A stretch of DNA of 35,243 nucleotides from a virus, in IMG/VR virus record IMGVR_UViG_3300045988_131290; one strand, given 5' to 3'. A program made the translations under genes and the position numbers. The notes beneath the pieces were generated by a model that saw only the letters and a list, made by a program, of their open reading frames with translations, was not told the origin of the DNA and made no database searches. Below are positions 25,525 to 35,017 of the stretch, one piece after another; position 1 is the stretch's first letter; each line of letters starts with the position of its first letter.

Positions 25525-25566
25525 TTTCGCCTTCTTTCCTATAATACTATAATACCATTTAGAGTA

Positions 25567-25618
25567 TTACATTGACTTATCTTTTCGATTACATTTCAAT
25601 TACATTTACTTTACATTT
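25567..25618. repeat. Four TTACATT(T) repeats, three of them in 11-bp phase, just downstream of the late-regulator gene
   Basis: Copies at 25567, 25589, 25600 and 25611. They share the TTACAT core with the 24985..25095 array. Confidence 0.75.
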
Positions 25619-26042
25619 ATACTACTAATCTATGACGTACTGCAAATGGTACTAATTTATTAAGTATATATGCTTTACGTCTTGATATATAGTTATCGTT
25701 TAGATCTAATTTGAAAGCAATATCTCTTAATGAATAATCTTTAAAGTAATACATTTCAACTATGATCTTATCTCTATCACTTAATAGTAACAACATATTT
25801 TCTATACGTTTCTTTTTATTAGATAGATATATTATCTTACGTCTTAGGTTCTCTAGTGTTACTGCTGATTGCTCCACACTACTTGATGTATTTACATTCG
25901 GACTTGACGGCATATCATTATACGTTACACCTATTATGTCCTCTGACTCTATTCTTAATTCTAACTCTTTGATCTCTATTTCTATATCTTTATATTCGTA
26001 TAATAAACCCTCTAACTTTAATCTTTCGTTATTTGTACTCAT
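25617..26042 (-). CDS. Late-gene transcriptional activator, RinA/ArpU-like (sigma-70 region-4-type HTH)
   Basis: C-terminal segment LSDRDKIIVEMYYFKDYSLRDIAFKLDLNDNYISRRKAYILNKL. Positioned immediately upstream of the HNH-terS-terL genes. Confidence 0.65.
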   Translation of the reverse strand: MSTNNERLKLEGLLYEYKDIEIEIKELELRIESEDIIGVTYNDMPSSPNVNTSSSVEQSAVTLENLRRKIIYLSNKKKRIENMLLLLSDRDKIIVEMYYFKDYSLRDIAFKLDLNDNYISRRKAYILNKLVPFAVRHRLVV

Positions 26043-26076
26043 TAATTGTGATTTCCCTTTCTAAATTGATCTTGCT

Positions 26077-26372
26077 GCTACACTTTGTAACACCTTTCTG
26101 CTACACTTCAAACCGTTGGTATTACTGGGCTAGAGCCGATTTTCACTGCTACACTTTATATCTAATTCCTTTATATATAAAAAAATAAAAATTAATTAAA
26201 ATATTAGAAGTATAAAGAGAAAGTGTAGCAAAGTGTAGCACCACCCTTGAACCATTGATATTACTACGTTGTAGCCGCTACACTTCTAATTTTCAAAGTG
26301 TAGCAGAAGTGTAGCACTTGATGAAAAAACCGCTGCTGCTGTTGCTATTACTTGGTTGTAGCCGCTACACTT
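26077..26372. repeat. Iteron array: 9 copies of GCTACACTT in both orientations around an A/T-rich core (candidate replication origin)
   Basis: Forward copies at 26077, 26100, 26148, 26277 and 26364. Reverse copies (AAGTGTAGC) at 26221, 26231, 26296 and 26307. The A/T-rich core is 26158..26220. A longer composite motif tattact..g.t.tagcc occurs 3 times. Confidence 0.8.
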
Positions 26373-28218
26373 TTTTAATAAATACTCTAGTGTTCTTTCC
26401 GTCGATCCTTAATACCTTGACGTCGTAACCTTGCTTTTTGATGTTGCGGGTAAATACTGTTCTTCCAAGTGGTTTTAAATTACCTTCTGAACACCAAACG
26501 ACATATCTTTTGTATAGTTCCGTTGACGGTTCGTTCTCGATCTTGAAATCTTCCATGAACTCAATGATCGGATTATTCTCTTTCTCGTATTCTTTTAATT
26601 CCGCTTTTACTTCGTCTACTGTTTCGAAGTCGTTGCGTTTTAGCACTCTTTTTAATCCTTCAAGTCCTAAATTAAGTAAATGTTGCAAACTCTCCGTCAT
26701 AAGCAACTTATCTTTGATAAATGGATCAAAGTCTGCATCACTTGACTTGAATTGTGCATTAAATGGTATTATGACCAATCTTCGCATTAATCCGTTGCTG
26801 GTGTCGTTTATTCTTGGAACTTCATTTGCTGAAAAGATTAGCTTAGATGTATTTTTGAAGTCGAAAGGATCCGCCCCTTTACGTTCAACGTTCACCGACT
26901 CACCTGTTACCAGTTTCTTAAAGATCGAGTTATCGTCAATATATGCACTTGAAATATCGTCCCCTATATTAACCATTTTCCCGTATAATTCAGCGGTCTT
27001 AAATCGCACTCCAAGTTCATTCATTCCTAAAGATGAAATATTGTCCTCCCCAATTAGGGCTTTTAGAACATCAAGGATCGTACTCTTACCGTTTGACCCA
27101 ACACCTGTTAGTATGAATGATTTCCCTAGCTCATTACGACGTAGTAAACAATAACCGATCATTTCCTCGATTATGCGTCGCAGCTTGGAATTATTACAGG
27201 CAATCTTGTCAAGTGTACGATCTAGTACTTCTGATCTTGCTGCTGGATTATATGAAACTGCTATTTTATTCTTAGAAATATAGTTCGGTGAAAAGTCCTC
27301 TAATTCCAATGTCTTTAGATTTAAAAGTCCGTTTTTACAAACCACATAATCAGTACTTGATAGATTTTCATTTTTAGCGATTAATTCAAGGTATGAAATG
27401 ACTTCGGCCCTCCTAGATTTCGTTAATGTTGGAATGTGCTTAATTAATGATCTCTCTATATCCGAATATTTGTCCGAATATACACCGTCAACATAAATAT
27501 GCAGCTTATTATTGATCTTGATTATGTGTTCCTCATTCTTTATAAACTCGGCAAATTTATCGTGCATAAATTGACCCTTCTCATTGTAGAATGACGGTTT
27601 ATTAAATGCGTCGTCCCTCAATATTGTATCAATTTCTAATTTAGATAGAGGATCTTTTAATATGTAATCATTGATCAATCGTATACATTCTCTAATTTCA
27701 TCTTTTACAAATCCATGACCTTGCAACTTTAGTATATATGTAAAGAACGTCTGATTTCGCCCTTCGCCTTCTTCCATATTAAAGAAATCGGGAAGTCGTT
27801 TAACTACGGTTAAAAACTTAGGTAATGGATCTACTTCGTCATTTATTATTAACTCTCGTTCCACCCCTTCCAGTTTTAAAGGTACAACTGCGTTTTTCGT
27901 TCCTATCTTAATATCTACTGTTATTCCAACAGCAGTAGTGACCGCTATTGCATTTCCTTGAACATTTGTATTTAGAAAATAGAAGTGCATACCCCTTTTA
28001 GTCTTTAAAGAATGATACTTTATTTCCAAGTCGTCCAAGATCTGCTTTAATATTATCGACTGTACCCTGTCGTCAACGTCTACCATTATGTAATTGTCGT
28101 CTAAAACCCCACCATACTCGTGGAGGTCCTTCACCTCGTCCAATGTGTAAAATTTTGACCTTCCTTTTATCGACTCTGTTGGTCTTTTGCCTTTCGTTGG
28201 TATGTACCCTTTAAACAT
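26365..28218 (-). CDS. Bifunctional primase-helicase (prim-pol N-domain, D5_N, P4-family SF3 helicase C-domain)
   Basis: Walker A LTGVGSNGKSTILDVL. RRLVIIPF motif. 617 aa. Confidence 0.85.
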   Translation of the reverse strand: MFKGYIPTKGKRPTESIKGRSKFYTLDEVKDLHEYGGVLDDNYIMVDVDDRVQSIILKQILDDLEIKYHSLKTKRGMHFYFLNTNVQGNAIAVTTAVGITVDIKIGTKNAVVPLKLEGVERELIINDEVDPLPKFLTVVKRLPDFFNMEEGEGRNQTFFTYILKLQGHGFVKDEIRECIRLINDYILKDPLSKLEIDTILRDDAFNKPSFYNEKGQFMHDKFAEFIKNEEHIIKINNKLHIYVDGVYSDKYSDIERSLIKHIPTLTKSRRAEVISYLELIAKNENLSSTDYVVCKNGLLNLKTLELEDFSPNYISKNKIAVSYNPAARSEVLDRTLDKIACNNSKLRRIIEEMIGYCLLRRNELGKSFILTGVGSNGKSTILDVLKALIGEDNISSLGMNELGVRFKTAELYGKMVNIGDDISSAYIDDNSIFKKLVTGESVNVERKGADPFDFKNTSKLIFSANEVPRINDTSNGLMRRLVIIPFNAQFKSSDADFDPFIKDKLLMTESLQHLLNLGLEGLKRVLKRNDFETVDEVKAELKEYEKENNPIIEFMEDFKIENEPSTELYKRYVVWCSEGNLKPLGRTVFTRNIKKQGYDVKVLRIDGKNTRVFIKKV

Positions 28219-28232
28219 TTTCTAATACTCCT

Positions 28233-28388
28233 TTATATATACTCAATTATCCATAGTCTTCGATATGGTCGTTTTTGATTTATCATTCGCTTTATATTGC
28301 CGCTGCAAATTTCGGTTTCATATAATTCCATGAAAAATACTGATAGTGCGTATTGACTTTTGAACTCATGTATTTCACCTGTTGCCAT
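28233..28388 (-). CDS. Possible small ORF (51 aa) that is not in the ORF track
   Basis: Hand translation: MATGEIHEFKSQYALSVFFMELYETEICSGNIKRMINQKRPYRRLWIIEYI. It fills an otherwise empty 237-bp gap, and its stop abuts the primase RBS. Confidence 0.3.
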   Translation of the reverse strand: MATGEIHEFKSQYALSVFFMELYETEICSGNIKRMINQKRPYRRLWIIEYI

Positions 28389-28455
28389 ACCTCATAGTCC
28401 TTCCTGTTCTTCTATATGGTTCTAACATTGCAACTAATTGCTTTATTAATAATTG

Positions 28456-28644
28456 TTATTCCTTCGTTTTAGGTCGGATAGGTCTATTTTCAGTTAGTGT
28501 CCTATTCTTAAATTCAATACGACAATCATCATTACAGAATCGCTTTGCCTCTCTGTTTGTTCTGAATACTTGTCCGCAGCACTCACACGCTTTAATTAAT
28601 CTTCCTTTTCCAATACAGTTATGAATATTTGTTTGTTTTGACAT
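28456..28644 (-). CDS. Small zinc-ribbon protein
   Basis: CECCGQVF...FCNDDC. RBS GGAG. Confidence 0.6.
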   Translation of the reverse strand: MSKQTNIHNCIGKGRLIKACECCGQVFRTNREAKRFCNDDCRIEFKNRTLTENRPIRPKTKE

Positions 28645-28663
28645 TGTTTTAAAATCTCCAATT

Positions 28664-29500
28664 TTATAAATATTTTTCTTTCATTTCAGCAGCTTTACCG
28701 CATGACATTTTACCCTCGCCACATTTCCCATGTACACAGTCGGGAGCGATATTTGCAAATACTGGTGGTGCAACTTTTTTAACTTCCGTTAACATTGCAT
28801 CTGCAACTTGTTGAATCTCCCATTGTGATCTATTACACAATCTATGTCTAAAGAAATTAAACAATGATCTTGCGTTCATTGTTACGATTATTTTCGTTTC
28901 ACACGCATTAGGGAATACATATCTTGCGTCCTCTATTGCCTTTTTCTCTAATCCACGGATCGTACTCGGGAATATATCTCTTATATACTCCATAAGATCA
29001 AAATTGAACTCTCTTTGTTCGTCCTCGCTTAATTCCGCCCATTTTCTTTGATAGTTGAAATATGCGTCGGGATATTCTGACTCAAAAGTACTATGTAATA
29101 ATTCAATGACTAATTCGTCATAAAGAGCTTGTGTTCTATCCATATGTTGTATAAATAATTTCTTCGAATGTTCACTTGCTGCAATAGCTGGTGGCATTAT
29201 GTACTCGAATTGATCTAATTTAACATATCTTTGTGATTGCTGCGAGTAACTAGCCAATCTATGCCTAACTATTTGATGTGTACAGGCTCTCGAGATCCCC
29301 TCTATCGCAAATGTAAAAGATGCGTGTTCGAATGGTGACTCATGCTCGATCTTCTCCAAGTGATTTAAAAATCTATCAATTTCTTCCATTGTTAATTTTG
29401 CCCTTATGTCATCTATTCCGCTTTTCGAATAACATAATTTTGCAGCACTCGCAATTACTGCTGCTGGTGCTAATGTATGTGACATTAATTCAACTTTCAT
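28664..29500 (-). CDS. thyX: FAD-dependent thymidylate synthase ThyX
   Basis: ThyX signature RHRxxSxxxxSxR, present as [15 protein letters not shown]. Confidence 0.9.
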   Translation of the reverse strand: MKVELMSHTLAPAAVIASAAKLCYSKSGIDDIRAKLTMEEIDRFLNHLEKIEHESPFEHASFTFAIEGISRACTHQIVRHRLASYSQQSQRYVKLDQFEYIMPPAIAASEHSKKLFIQHMDRTQALYDELVIELLHSTFESEYPDAYFNYQRKWAELSEDEQREFNFDLMEYIRDIFPSTIRGLEKKAIEDARYVFPNACETKIIVTMNARSLFNFFRHRLCNRSQWEIQQVADAMLTEVKKVAPPVFANIAPDCVHGKCGEGKMSCGKAAEMKEKYL

Positions 29501-30093
29501 TATTTAACCTCCAACTCGTATTTTAAATATTGTATTGCCTTTTTAAGATCCTTTTCTTTAGTTCCTTTATAATTGCAGCGGCAAATGTACTTGATTGCGT
29601 TCCCTAACGCAAAATTTAAATCTTGATCTTGTATAAAATCAATAACTTCTATTTTTCCGACTGAATAATGGGGACTGTGTTCTATGTCGTTTGGTGGATC
29701 TTGATGTTCTTTCATTACTGGTCTAAATCTAAATACTTTATATGGACAATCTATCTTTGCCCCTTCTAGGGTTTCAACCTCTATCGAATTGCATTCTTCT
29801 TCGATTACAGTAACTCTATATACTTGATCTTTCTTTATATAACGACAATCTTCGATTGGTTGTACCAATGATCCAATGGATATCTCATTTGTTGTCGTTA
29901 AAGGATCCGAGATACTGGGTTGTTCATTAAAACGTTCTTCTGCAAACCAAAAATTTAACGGTTTATCGTCTTTATCAGAAACCCATACACACCCGATATC
30001 ATTAGTTCCTACCACTTTATACGGAGCATCTTTTTGTAAGCCTTGATAGCTAATCTTTGCATATATAACATCACCTATATTGAATTTTGACAT
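29500..30093 (-). CDS. DUF3310-domain protein with two N-terminal SH3-like repeats
   Basis: C-terminal segment [39 protein letters not shown] matches the DUF3310 pattern. Confidence 0.6.
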   Translation of the reverse strand: MSKFNIGDVIYAKISYQGLQKDAPYKVVGTNDIGCVWVSDKDDKPLNFWFAEERFNEQPSISDPLTTTNEISIGSLVQPIEDCRYIKKDQVYRVTVIEEECNSIEVETLEGAKIDCPYKVFRFRPVMKEHQDPPNDIEHSPHYSVGKIEVIDFIQDQDLNFALGNAIKYICRCNYKGTKEKDLKKAIQYLKYELEVK

Positions 30094-30257
30094 TTACGTT
30101 TTCTCCTTTCTACTTGGTGCGATTTCATTTTCTTTAAATACTGATCCATTTCTTCTCGAGTCAATTTATATGTTGTGACTGGTAACTCGTCTTGTGAATA
30201 ATCATATTTAAGTCCTAATTGAACTGTAAAATTTCCATGTTTATTCGTTTTCATCAT
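30075..30257 (-). CDS. Hypothetical protein (60 aa)
   Basis: ORF with a GGAG RBS, overlapping both neighbouring genes. Confidence 0.5.
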   Translation of the reverse strand: MMKTNKHGNFTVQLGLKYDYSQDELPVTTYKLTREEMDQYLKKMKSHQVERRKRKCQNSI

Positions 30258-31951
30258 TGCTTTACTCCTTTAAAGTCGTCTATACGTTTTTTAGCAAGTT
30301 CAATATACCAACCTTTATCTAATGCCCGAGGACAACTCATACCATTTATGTCGTCGTTCATTATAAAGCACTTATGCGGTGTATTTGCGATTTTCTCTCT
30401 AGTATTGATCTTAACTTTAAAAATACCTCCGTCTGATCTGATCCTTGATGCGAATACTCTAAACGTCTTTTCGTGTAATACTTCGTCGTTATGAACTGCG
30501 TATTTATATTTGCTCGAGATCTTAACAATCTTTTGGAACTCTTTCAATTCGTTACAATCAAGAATAGTCTTTTCAACTGGGATATTATATAGAAAATAAT
30601 TAACTATTGCCTTATTCACTATCGGAAGATCATAGTCAAGTTTACTAAGTTTCTTAACGTAAGATCCTTTTGATTTGTATTTCCCGTTTTCGTCCACTAT
30701 TATGTAGTTGTTCACGTCCTTCTGAATAACCTTACAATATTTATCATGTTCTAACTCGAATCCAGTTCTTCTTTCCCACTCGGAACAAATTGACACATAT
30801 TTATCGTAGTCAGTTGGTTTTTCTAATTTAACAAGAATCCCGTCGGTATTAGATTGTATTAATTTAAGATCATCACCAAAAGCAATCTCCAATTTCTCTA
30901 ATAAGTCAACTATTAACAACTGCCCATTGATACAAACATTATTTGCCATTAGTGGATCATATAGGGGATTATTCTTATCTTTACTGGCCCCGTACGTTCC
31001 ATTTATGACAATCTTTAAAGGTGCTTGAAGTGGGTTCTTTGCTCTTTTATATTGTATTCTAGTATCTCTGATTTCTTCGAATTTCTTCGGCTCTACCACG
31101 TTTCTACTTAGGAAATCGAACAATATCATAAGGCTAGGGTACATACTGGCTATATCGGACATTACATAAAGACCGTCCCCTATGTAGTGATCAATCGCCC
31201 CATGTATTCCACCAAATGCTAAAATATGTTTAACTCCGTAGATCTCTGTAGTTAGTTTTTTATCATAGTCTAAATTGATCGGGTTTAGGTAGTATTCTTT
31301 AATATAATTGTATTTAGATAAACGCAGCGGCTTAACAATAGATATATCGAACTCGTCGTCGTATTGCTGCTTTTGTGCATTTAAGATGATCGCACTTAAT
31401 TGAGCCTTTGTCTTTGACATATAACTTACTGGTAAATTAAAAGCCTTAATCAACCCCAAGTGTGACTCAAATTCTGCTTTACGATTTAAAAATACTTCGA
31501 TCGTTTGCTCTACGTCATGACGACAATATTGCAATACGTCTTTTAATTCTTGATCTGTTAGCTTACGATCAATATTGAATGAAACGGACGTTTCTTTGAT
31601 GTTGTTACCCATGAACCCCTCTAATTGCTTTAAGGAGTGCATAGAAGTCATTATATCGAAATTGATAACTGGGTATTTATTTAATAAGCTCGAGAACTCC
31701 CAACCACCTTTGCCTTCAACTATCATAAAATCATTTATCGCTTTTGGATTAAAGCCGCAAAGAATCGCTTTTAAAATGTACTGATCATATCGCCTTGAAT
31801 TGTACCCGATCCAAATATTATTTTTGTTGGCTTGATATACCTTGTCAAGTGCTACTCTATCATTTATTATTTCGTGTATTTCTTCTCTGTTAGTATCTAC
31901 AATAACAACTAACCAATCTTCCTTAAAGACCTCAAAGTCATAAAAAAGCAT
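30254..31951 (-). CDS. Compact family-B DNA polymerase with a 3'-5' exonuclease domain
   Basis: Exo I YDFEV, Exo II NSRRYDQYIL, Exo III YCRHDVEQT. Pol motif A DIASMYPSLM, motif B KIVINGTYGASK, motif C QSNTDGILV. Preferred start is the ATG at 31951 (MLFYDFEV). Confidence 0.85.
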   Translation of the reverse strand: MLFYDFEVFKEDWLVVIVDTNREEIHEIINDRVALDKVYQANKNNIWIGYNSRRYDQYILKAILCGFNPKAINDFMIVEGKGGWEFSSLLNKYPVINFDIMTSMHSLKQLEGFMGNNIKETSVSFNIDRKLTDQELKDVLQYCRHDVEQTIEVFLNRKAEFESHLGLIKAFNLPVSYMSKTKAQLSAIILNAQKQQYDDEFDISIVKPLRLSKYNYIKEYYLNPINLDYDKKLTTEIYGVKHILAFGGIHGAIDHYIGDGLYVMSDIASMYPSLMILFDFLSRNVVEPKKFEEIRDTRIQYKRAKNPLQAPLKIVINGTYGASKDKNNPLYDPLMANNVCINGQLLIVDLLEKLEIAFGDDLKLIQSNTDGILVKLEKPTDYDKYVSICSEWERRTGFELEHDKYCKVIQKDVNNYIIVDENGKYKSKGSYVKKLSKLDYDLPIVNKAIVNYFLYNIPVEKTILDCNELKEFQKIVKISSKYKYAVHNDEVLHEKTFRVFASRIRSDGGIFKVKINTREKIANTPHKCFIMNDDINGMSCPRALDKGWYIELAKKRIDDFKGVKQ

Positions 31952-31973
31952 AGCTCCCACCTCTCAAAATTTC

Positions 31974-32002
31974 AAAAAAATTACACAAGGGGCAAGGCCC
32001 CT
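31974..32002 (-). terminator. Weak terminator-like hairpin between the DUF669 and polB genes
   Basis: aggggc pairs with gcccct with a 3-nt loop. The T-run begins 7 nt after the stem on the minus strand. Confidence 0.35.
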
Positions 32003-32007
32003 CATGC

Positions 32008-32454
32008 TTAACCTTCGTACACTTCCGTTATTTTAAATTGATCATAACCTTTTTCTGTTTTACTGTACTCTAACTCATATTCTAACTCTGATTTTTGTAT
32101 CACAACGTCTATTACTTTAACTAAATCACAGTATTGATCATAGTCTTTAAACTCTATTGTTTCTCCTGTATCTAATGATCTAAGGAATTGATTGGCCATA
32201 TGTATTTGAAACCCTGTCATTATTACTTGATTGAAGAATATTAATCGTCCTTTATATTGTCCGTCTAACACTTTGAATGTACAAGATAACATGACTTTGT
32301 CCCCGTTTTTAGTTGGTTTAACTTCGATCTTAGTAACTGCAACTTCATACTCTCCATGCGGAACGTCCTCAAAAGTATTTTTTTGTGCCTCGTTTATTTC
32401 ACTTTGTATTAACTCTTTATCCATTTCTTGATTGAATTTATCAAATATTCCCAT
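32008..32454 (-). CDS. DUF669-family protein (putative phage ssDNA-binding protein)
   Basis: The pattern FEDVPHGEYEVAVTKIEVKPTKNGDKVMLSCTFKVLDGQYKGRLIFFNQVI is typical of DUF669. Lies adjacent to the ERF gene. Confidence 0.55.
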   Translation of the reverse strand: MGIFDKFNQEMDKELIQSEINEAQKNTFEDVPHGEYEVAVTKIEVKPTKNGDKVMLSCTFKVLDGQYKGRLIFFNQVIMTGFQIHMANQFLRSLDTGETIEFKDYDQYCDLVKVIDVVIQKSELEYELEYSKTEKGYDQFKITEVYEG

Positions 32455-32987
32455 TATCTTCTTTTTCTCCTTCTGCTTGTTTGTTCTTCTTCTGCTGCAT
32501 TAAACGCAGTAAATTGACCTGTTGGAGTCGTTTCATCTTCTCCACCTTCAAATGGTATATCTATATGTTGGTTAGTAGCATCACTATCTTTAGTGTCGTC
32601 GATACATAATAAACCATTTAGTGCGTACTTTCTTGCGTATGAACTTGCCGCACCTGTGACTTGACTCGAGTCCATACCCTTTTTATTTAATTCTTCCCTT
32701 GCATAACCTGTTGCAGATACAGTCGAATTAAGTATGTGATCGTTTCGTAACTCTGCGTCACTCTCAATATCGTATAACGTCGCAGTCGCTTTTATATAAA
32801 ATCTATCTCCTAGATTAACCATTTCGTCACTTATTAATAAAGTAGCTTTGTATTTATCTAGCAGCGGTTTAACCGCCTCGACTATATCCTCGCAAGATCT
32901 ATATTTATATCTACCGAAAGAGTTATAATTGCTTTTGTGTACTTTAAGTTCCTGTTGAATCTTCTGTAATTTCTCGTATATATTCAT
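32454..32987 (-). CDS. ERF-family single-strand annealing protein
   Basis: YKYRSCEDIVEAVKPLL ... QVTGAASSYARKYALNGLLCIDD. Confidence 0.75.
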   Translation of the reverse strand: MNIYEKLQKIQQELKVHKSNYNSFGRYKYRSCEDIVEAVKPLLDKYKATLLISDEMVNLGDRFYIKATATLYDIESDAELRNDHILNSTVSATGYAREELNKKGMDSSQVTGAASSYARKYALNGLLCIDDTKDSDATNQHIDIPFEGGEDETTPTGQFTAFNAAEEEQTSRRRKRR

Positions 32988-33283
32988 ATTTTCATAAACT
33001 CCTTTTTAAAATCCTCAAACTGACTAGGTTTTAATATGTAACCCTTACCACCCGCTCGATTGATCTTATCTATATTATATATTTGTAACGGTGATGTTTT
33101 CCCGTTCTCTGCTTTAAGTTCTAAAGCGAAAAATTTACCCCTATAAACTCCTACAATATCGGGAATACCACTCCTTTGGAAATATCCCCCTCCGTACACC
33201 TTGTAGTGCCAACAAGCACCACCCAGCGAATTTAAGAAATTTATCACCTGTTCGGTGAATTTACCCTCGGGTGTTTTAGCCAT
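32984..33283 (-). CDS. VRR-NUC domain nuclease
   Basis: PD-(D/E)xK core GIPDIVGVYRGKFFALELKAENGKTSPLQ. Confidence 0.8.
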   Translation of the reverse strand: MAKTPEGKFTEQVINFLNSLGGACWHYKVYGGGYFQRSGIPDIVGVYRGKFFALELKAENGKTSPLQIYNIDKINRAGGKGYILKPSQFEDFKKEFMKI

Positions 33284-33761
33284 TGGTTTTAAACCTTATA
33301 CTCGCCTTTGTGTGCGTTTCTGTAAGATATTGTTTATATAGTTCGGGGTGATCTTTTTTAAATCGAGTCGTATCGAATTTTGTTCCTGTTCTTTCTTTGA
33401 CATATGCGATTGATATATTATCATTATCAAATTTAGTAATTCCATACTGTTCCATTAATCCAAGCAAGGTTGTTTTTAATTCGTCCCTACTCGTTGCAAG
33501 TTCCTTGTATCTCTTTTCTTGAATTGCTAGATCTTTCAAAACCGTAAGAGCATTACTTTCGAATAATGCCAATGGTGTGGTATTACTCATTGGTCCTATT
33601 GCAGCTTTCCAACAACGATTACATTCTTCGGAATCCTCACCTTCCTTACAAACTGGGAGTACTGGAAGTCCCCAGTCAAACGGGCAGATTGCTTTAGAAT
33701 CCGCAAATTCAATTATCTCATCTGTGGTATACTCTGAATAATTAGCTTTATTTATTCCCAT
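33276..33761 (-). CDS. Hypothetical protein (Cys-rich N-terminus, coiled-coil middle)
   Basis: ORF overlapping both neighbouring genes in the early operon. No confident motif. Confidence 0.55.
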   Translation of the reverse strand: MGINKANYSEYTTDEIIEFADSKAICPFDWGLPVLPVCKEGEDSEECNRCWKAAIGPMSNTTPLALFESNALTVLKDLAIQEKRYKELATSRDELKTTLLGLMEQYGITKFDNDNISIAYVKERTGTKFDTTRFKKDHPELYKQYLTETHTKASIRFKTNG

Positions 33762-33764
33762 AAC

Positions 33765-35012
33765 TTAAATCTCACTTTCAATAAATAATCTGTCGGTATA
33801 ATCTTTTCTTTCCAATAATGTGTTATAAATTTCCTCGTCAACTGATCCCTCTGTAAGCAAATAGTAATAAAAGCACGTTTGCTGCTGTCCGATCCTGTGA
33901 GTTCTTTTTTTCGATTGCTCGAATAACTCGCTAGACATAGTCAAACTAAAATATACTATTACATTTGCTTTTTGAAGGTTCAACCCCATTGATCCAGCTT
34001 GATATTGGATCAATGTGATTGAATTATTAAATTTTTCATAGTTTGATAGATCTCTACATTTACCATTTACAATGGATATTGGTTTATTTAACTTTTTACA
34101 AACTGATTTAATCAACTCTAGCTCTTTATCAAAATTATAAAAAATTATTACTCTGTTCTCTGTTCCTTCTAGTAAAGATTTTAATTTATCAAGTTTGTTT
34201 TGATTATATTGACTTGCAAGTTGGCGGCAATATAATAACCTGTTTAATGTAGTATCTCCCACCAACTCCAACTCGTTAGTGATCAATAACCTATCCTTTT
34301 TAAATTTCTTATAATATGTCGTATTTGCAACCTTTTCGATATTATGTACTTGGGCTGGAAGTTTAAAAACGTCCTCTGTCTTCATGAATACCGCCCCGAG
34401 TTCTCGCAGCTTTCGTTTAAGTCGGTCGACGCATTTATAGCCAACTACCTTCTGTATTGGCACACCGCCGATCTTAAATTTTGTCGTCACTATATATGTG
34501 GAAAAGTAAACTGATTTATTTTTTTTATATCCTAGCAATTTTAATTGTGAGTAAAGTTCCTCGTATTTTCCAGCTACGGGAGTTCCACTTAGTAAGATCA
34601 CGTTTTTAAACTTTAACTTTCGTATAAATTTCGTTCTTGTTGCTTGATCATTTTTGATGTAGGAACTTTCATCTAGTATAAGTGTAAAATCTGTTATCTT
34701 CGTAAACTGTGGACGTCGCCAAATTAAGTCGTAGTTTATCACAAGAACGGTTTTAGTAGAGATATTACTTAAATCTTGGTTGTTATATTTCAGTACCTCA
34801 TACTCACCATAATATATTTTTACATGCTCGATCCAGTCGTCAACTTTGGACTTTTGACATACAATTATATTTAATTTCTCGTCTAATTCTTTCATTTTCT
34901 CGGTTGCAACAAACGTTTTGCCCAGTCCCATATCTAAATAATATGCAACTCTATTTCGACCTTTTGTCAACTCGAGAACTTGTTTTTGATGTTCGTAAAG
35001 TTCCACTTTCAA
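33765..35012 (-). CDS. SNF2-family (SF2) helicase
   Basis: Motif I LDMGLGKTF, motif II LILDESS, motif III LLSGTP, motif V QAGSMGLNLQ, motif VI KKRTHRIGQ. TTG start with RBS AGGAG 7 nt upstream. Confidence 0.85.
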   Translation of the reverse strand: MKVELYEHQKQVLELTKGRNRVAYYLDMGLGKTFVATEKMKELDEKLNIIVCQKSKVDDWIEHVKIYYGEYEVLKYNNQDLSNISTKTVLVINYDLIWRRPQFTKITDFTLILDESSYIKNDQATRTKFIRKLKFKNVILLSGTPVAGKYEELYSQLKLLGYKKNKSVYFSTYIVTTKFKIGGVPIQKVVGYKCVDRLKRKLRELGAVFMKTEDVFKLPAQVHNIEKVANTTYYKKFKKDRLLITNELELVGDTTLNRLLYCRQLASQYNQNKLDKLKSLLEGTENRVIIFYNFDKELELIKSVCKKLNKPISIVNGKCRDLSNYEKFNNSITLIQYQAGSMGLNLQKANVIVYFSLTMSSELFEQSKKRTHRIGQQQTCFYYYLLTEGSVDEEIYNTLLERKDYTDRLFIESEI

Positions 35013-35017
35013 AAATG

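Noticed and set aside
26438-27154. 238-aa + strand ORF, plus the other + strand ORFs in the track (e.g. 3882..4316, 13546..13794, 14869..15207, 15208..15402, 20140..20457, 21952..22203)
   Set aside because: All lie antisense inside long, motif-supported minus-strand genes. Their products are low-complexity and rich in S/L/F/I, as expected for the reverse frame of AT-rich coding DNA. They lack RBSs.
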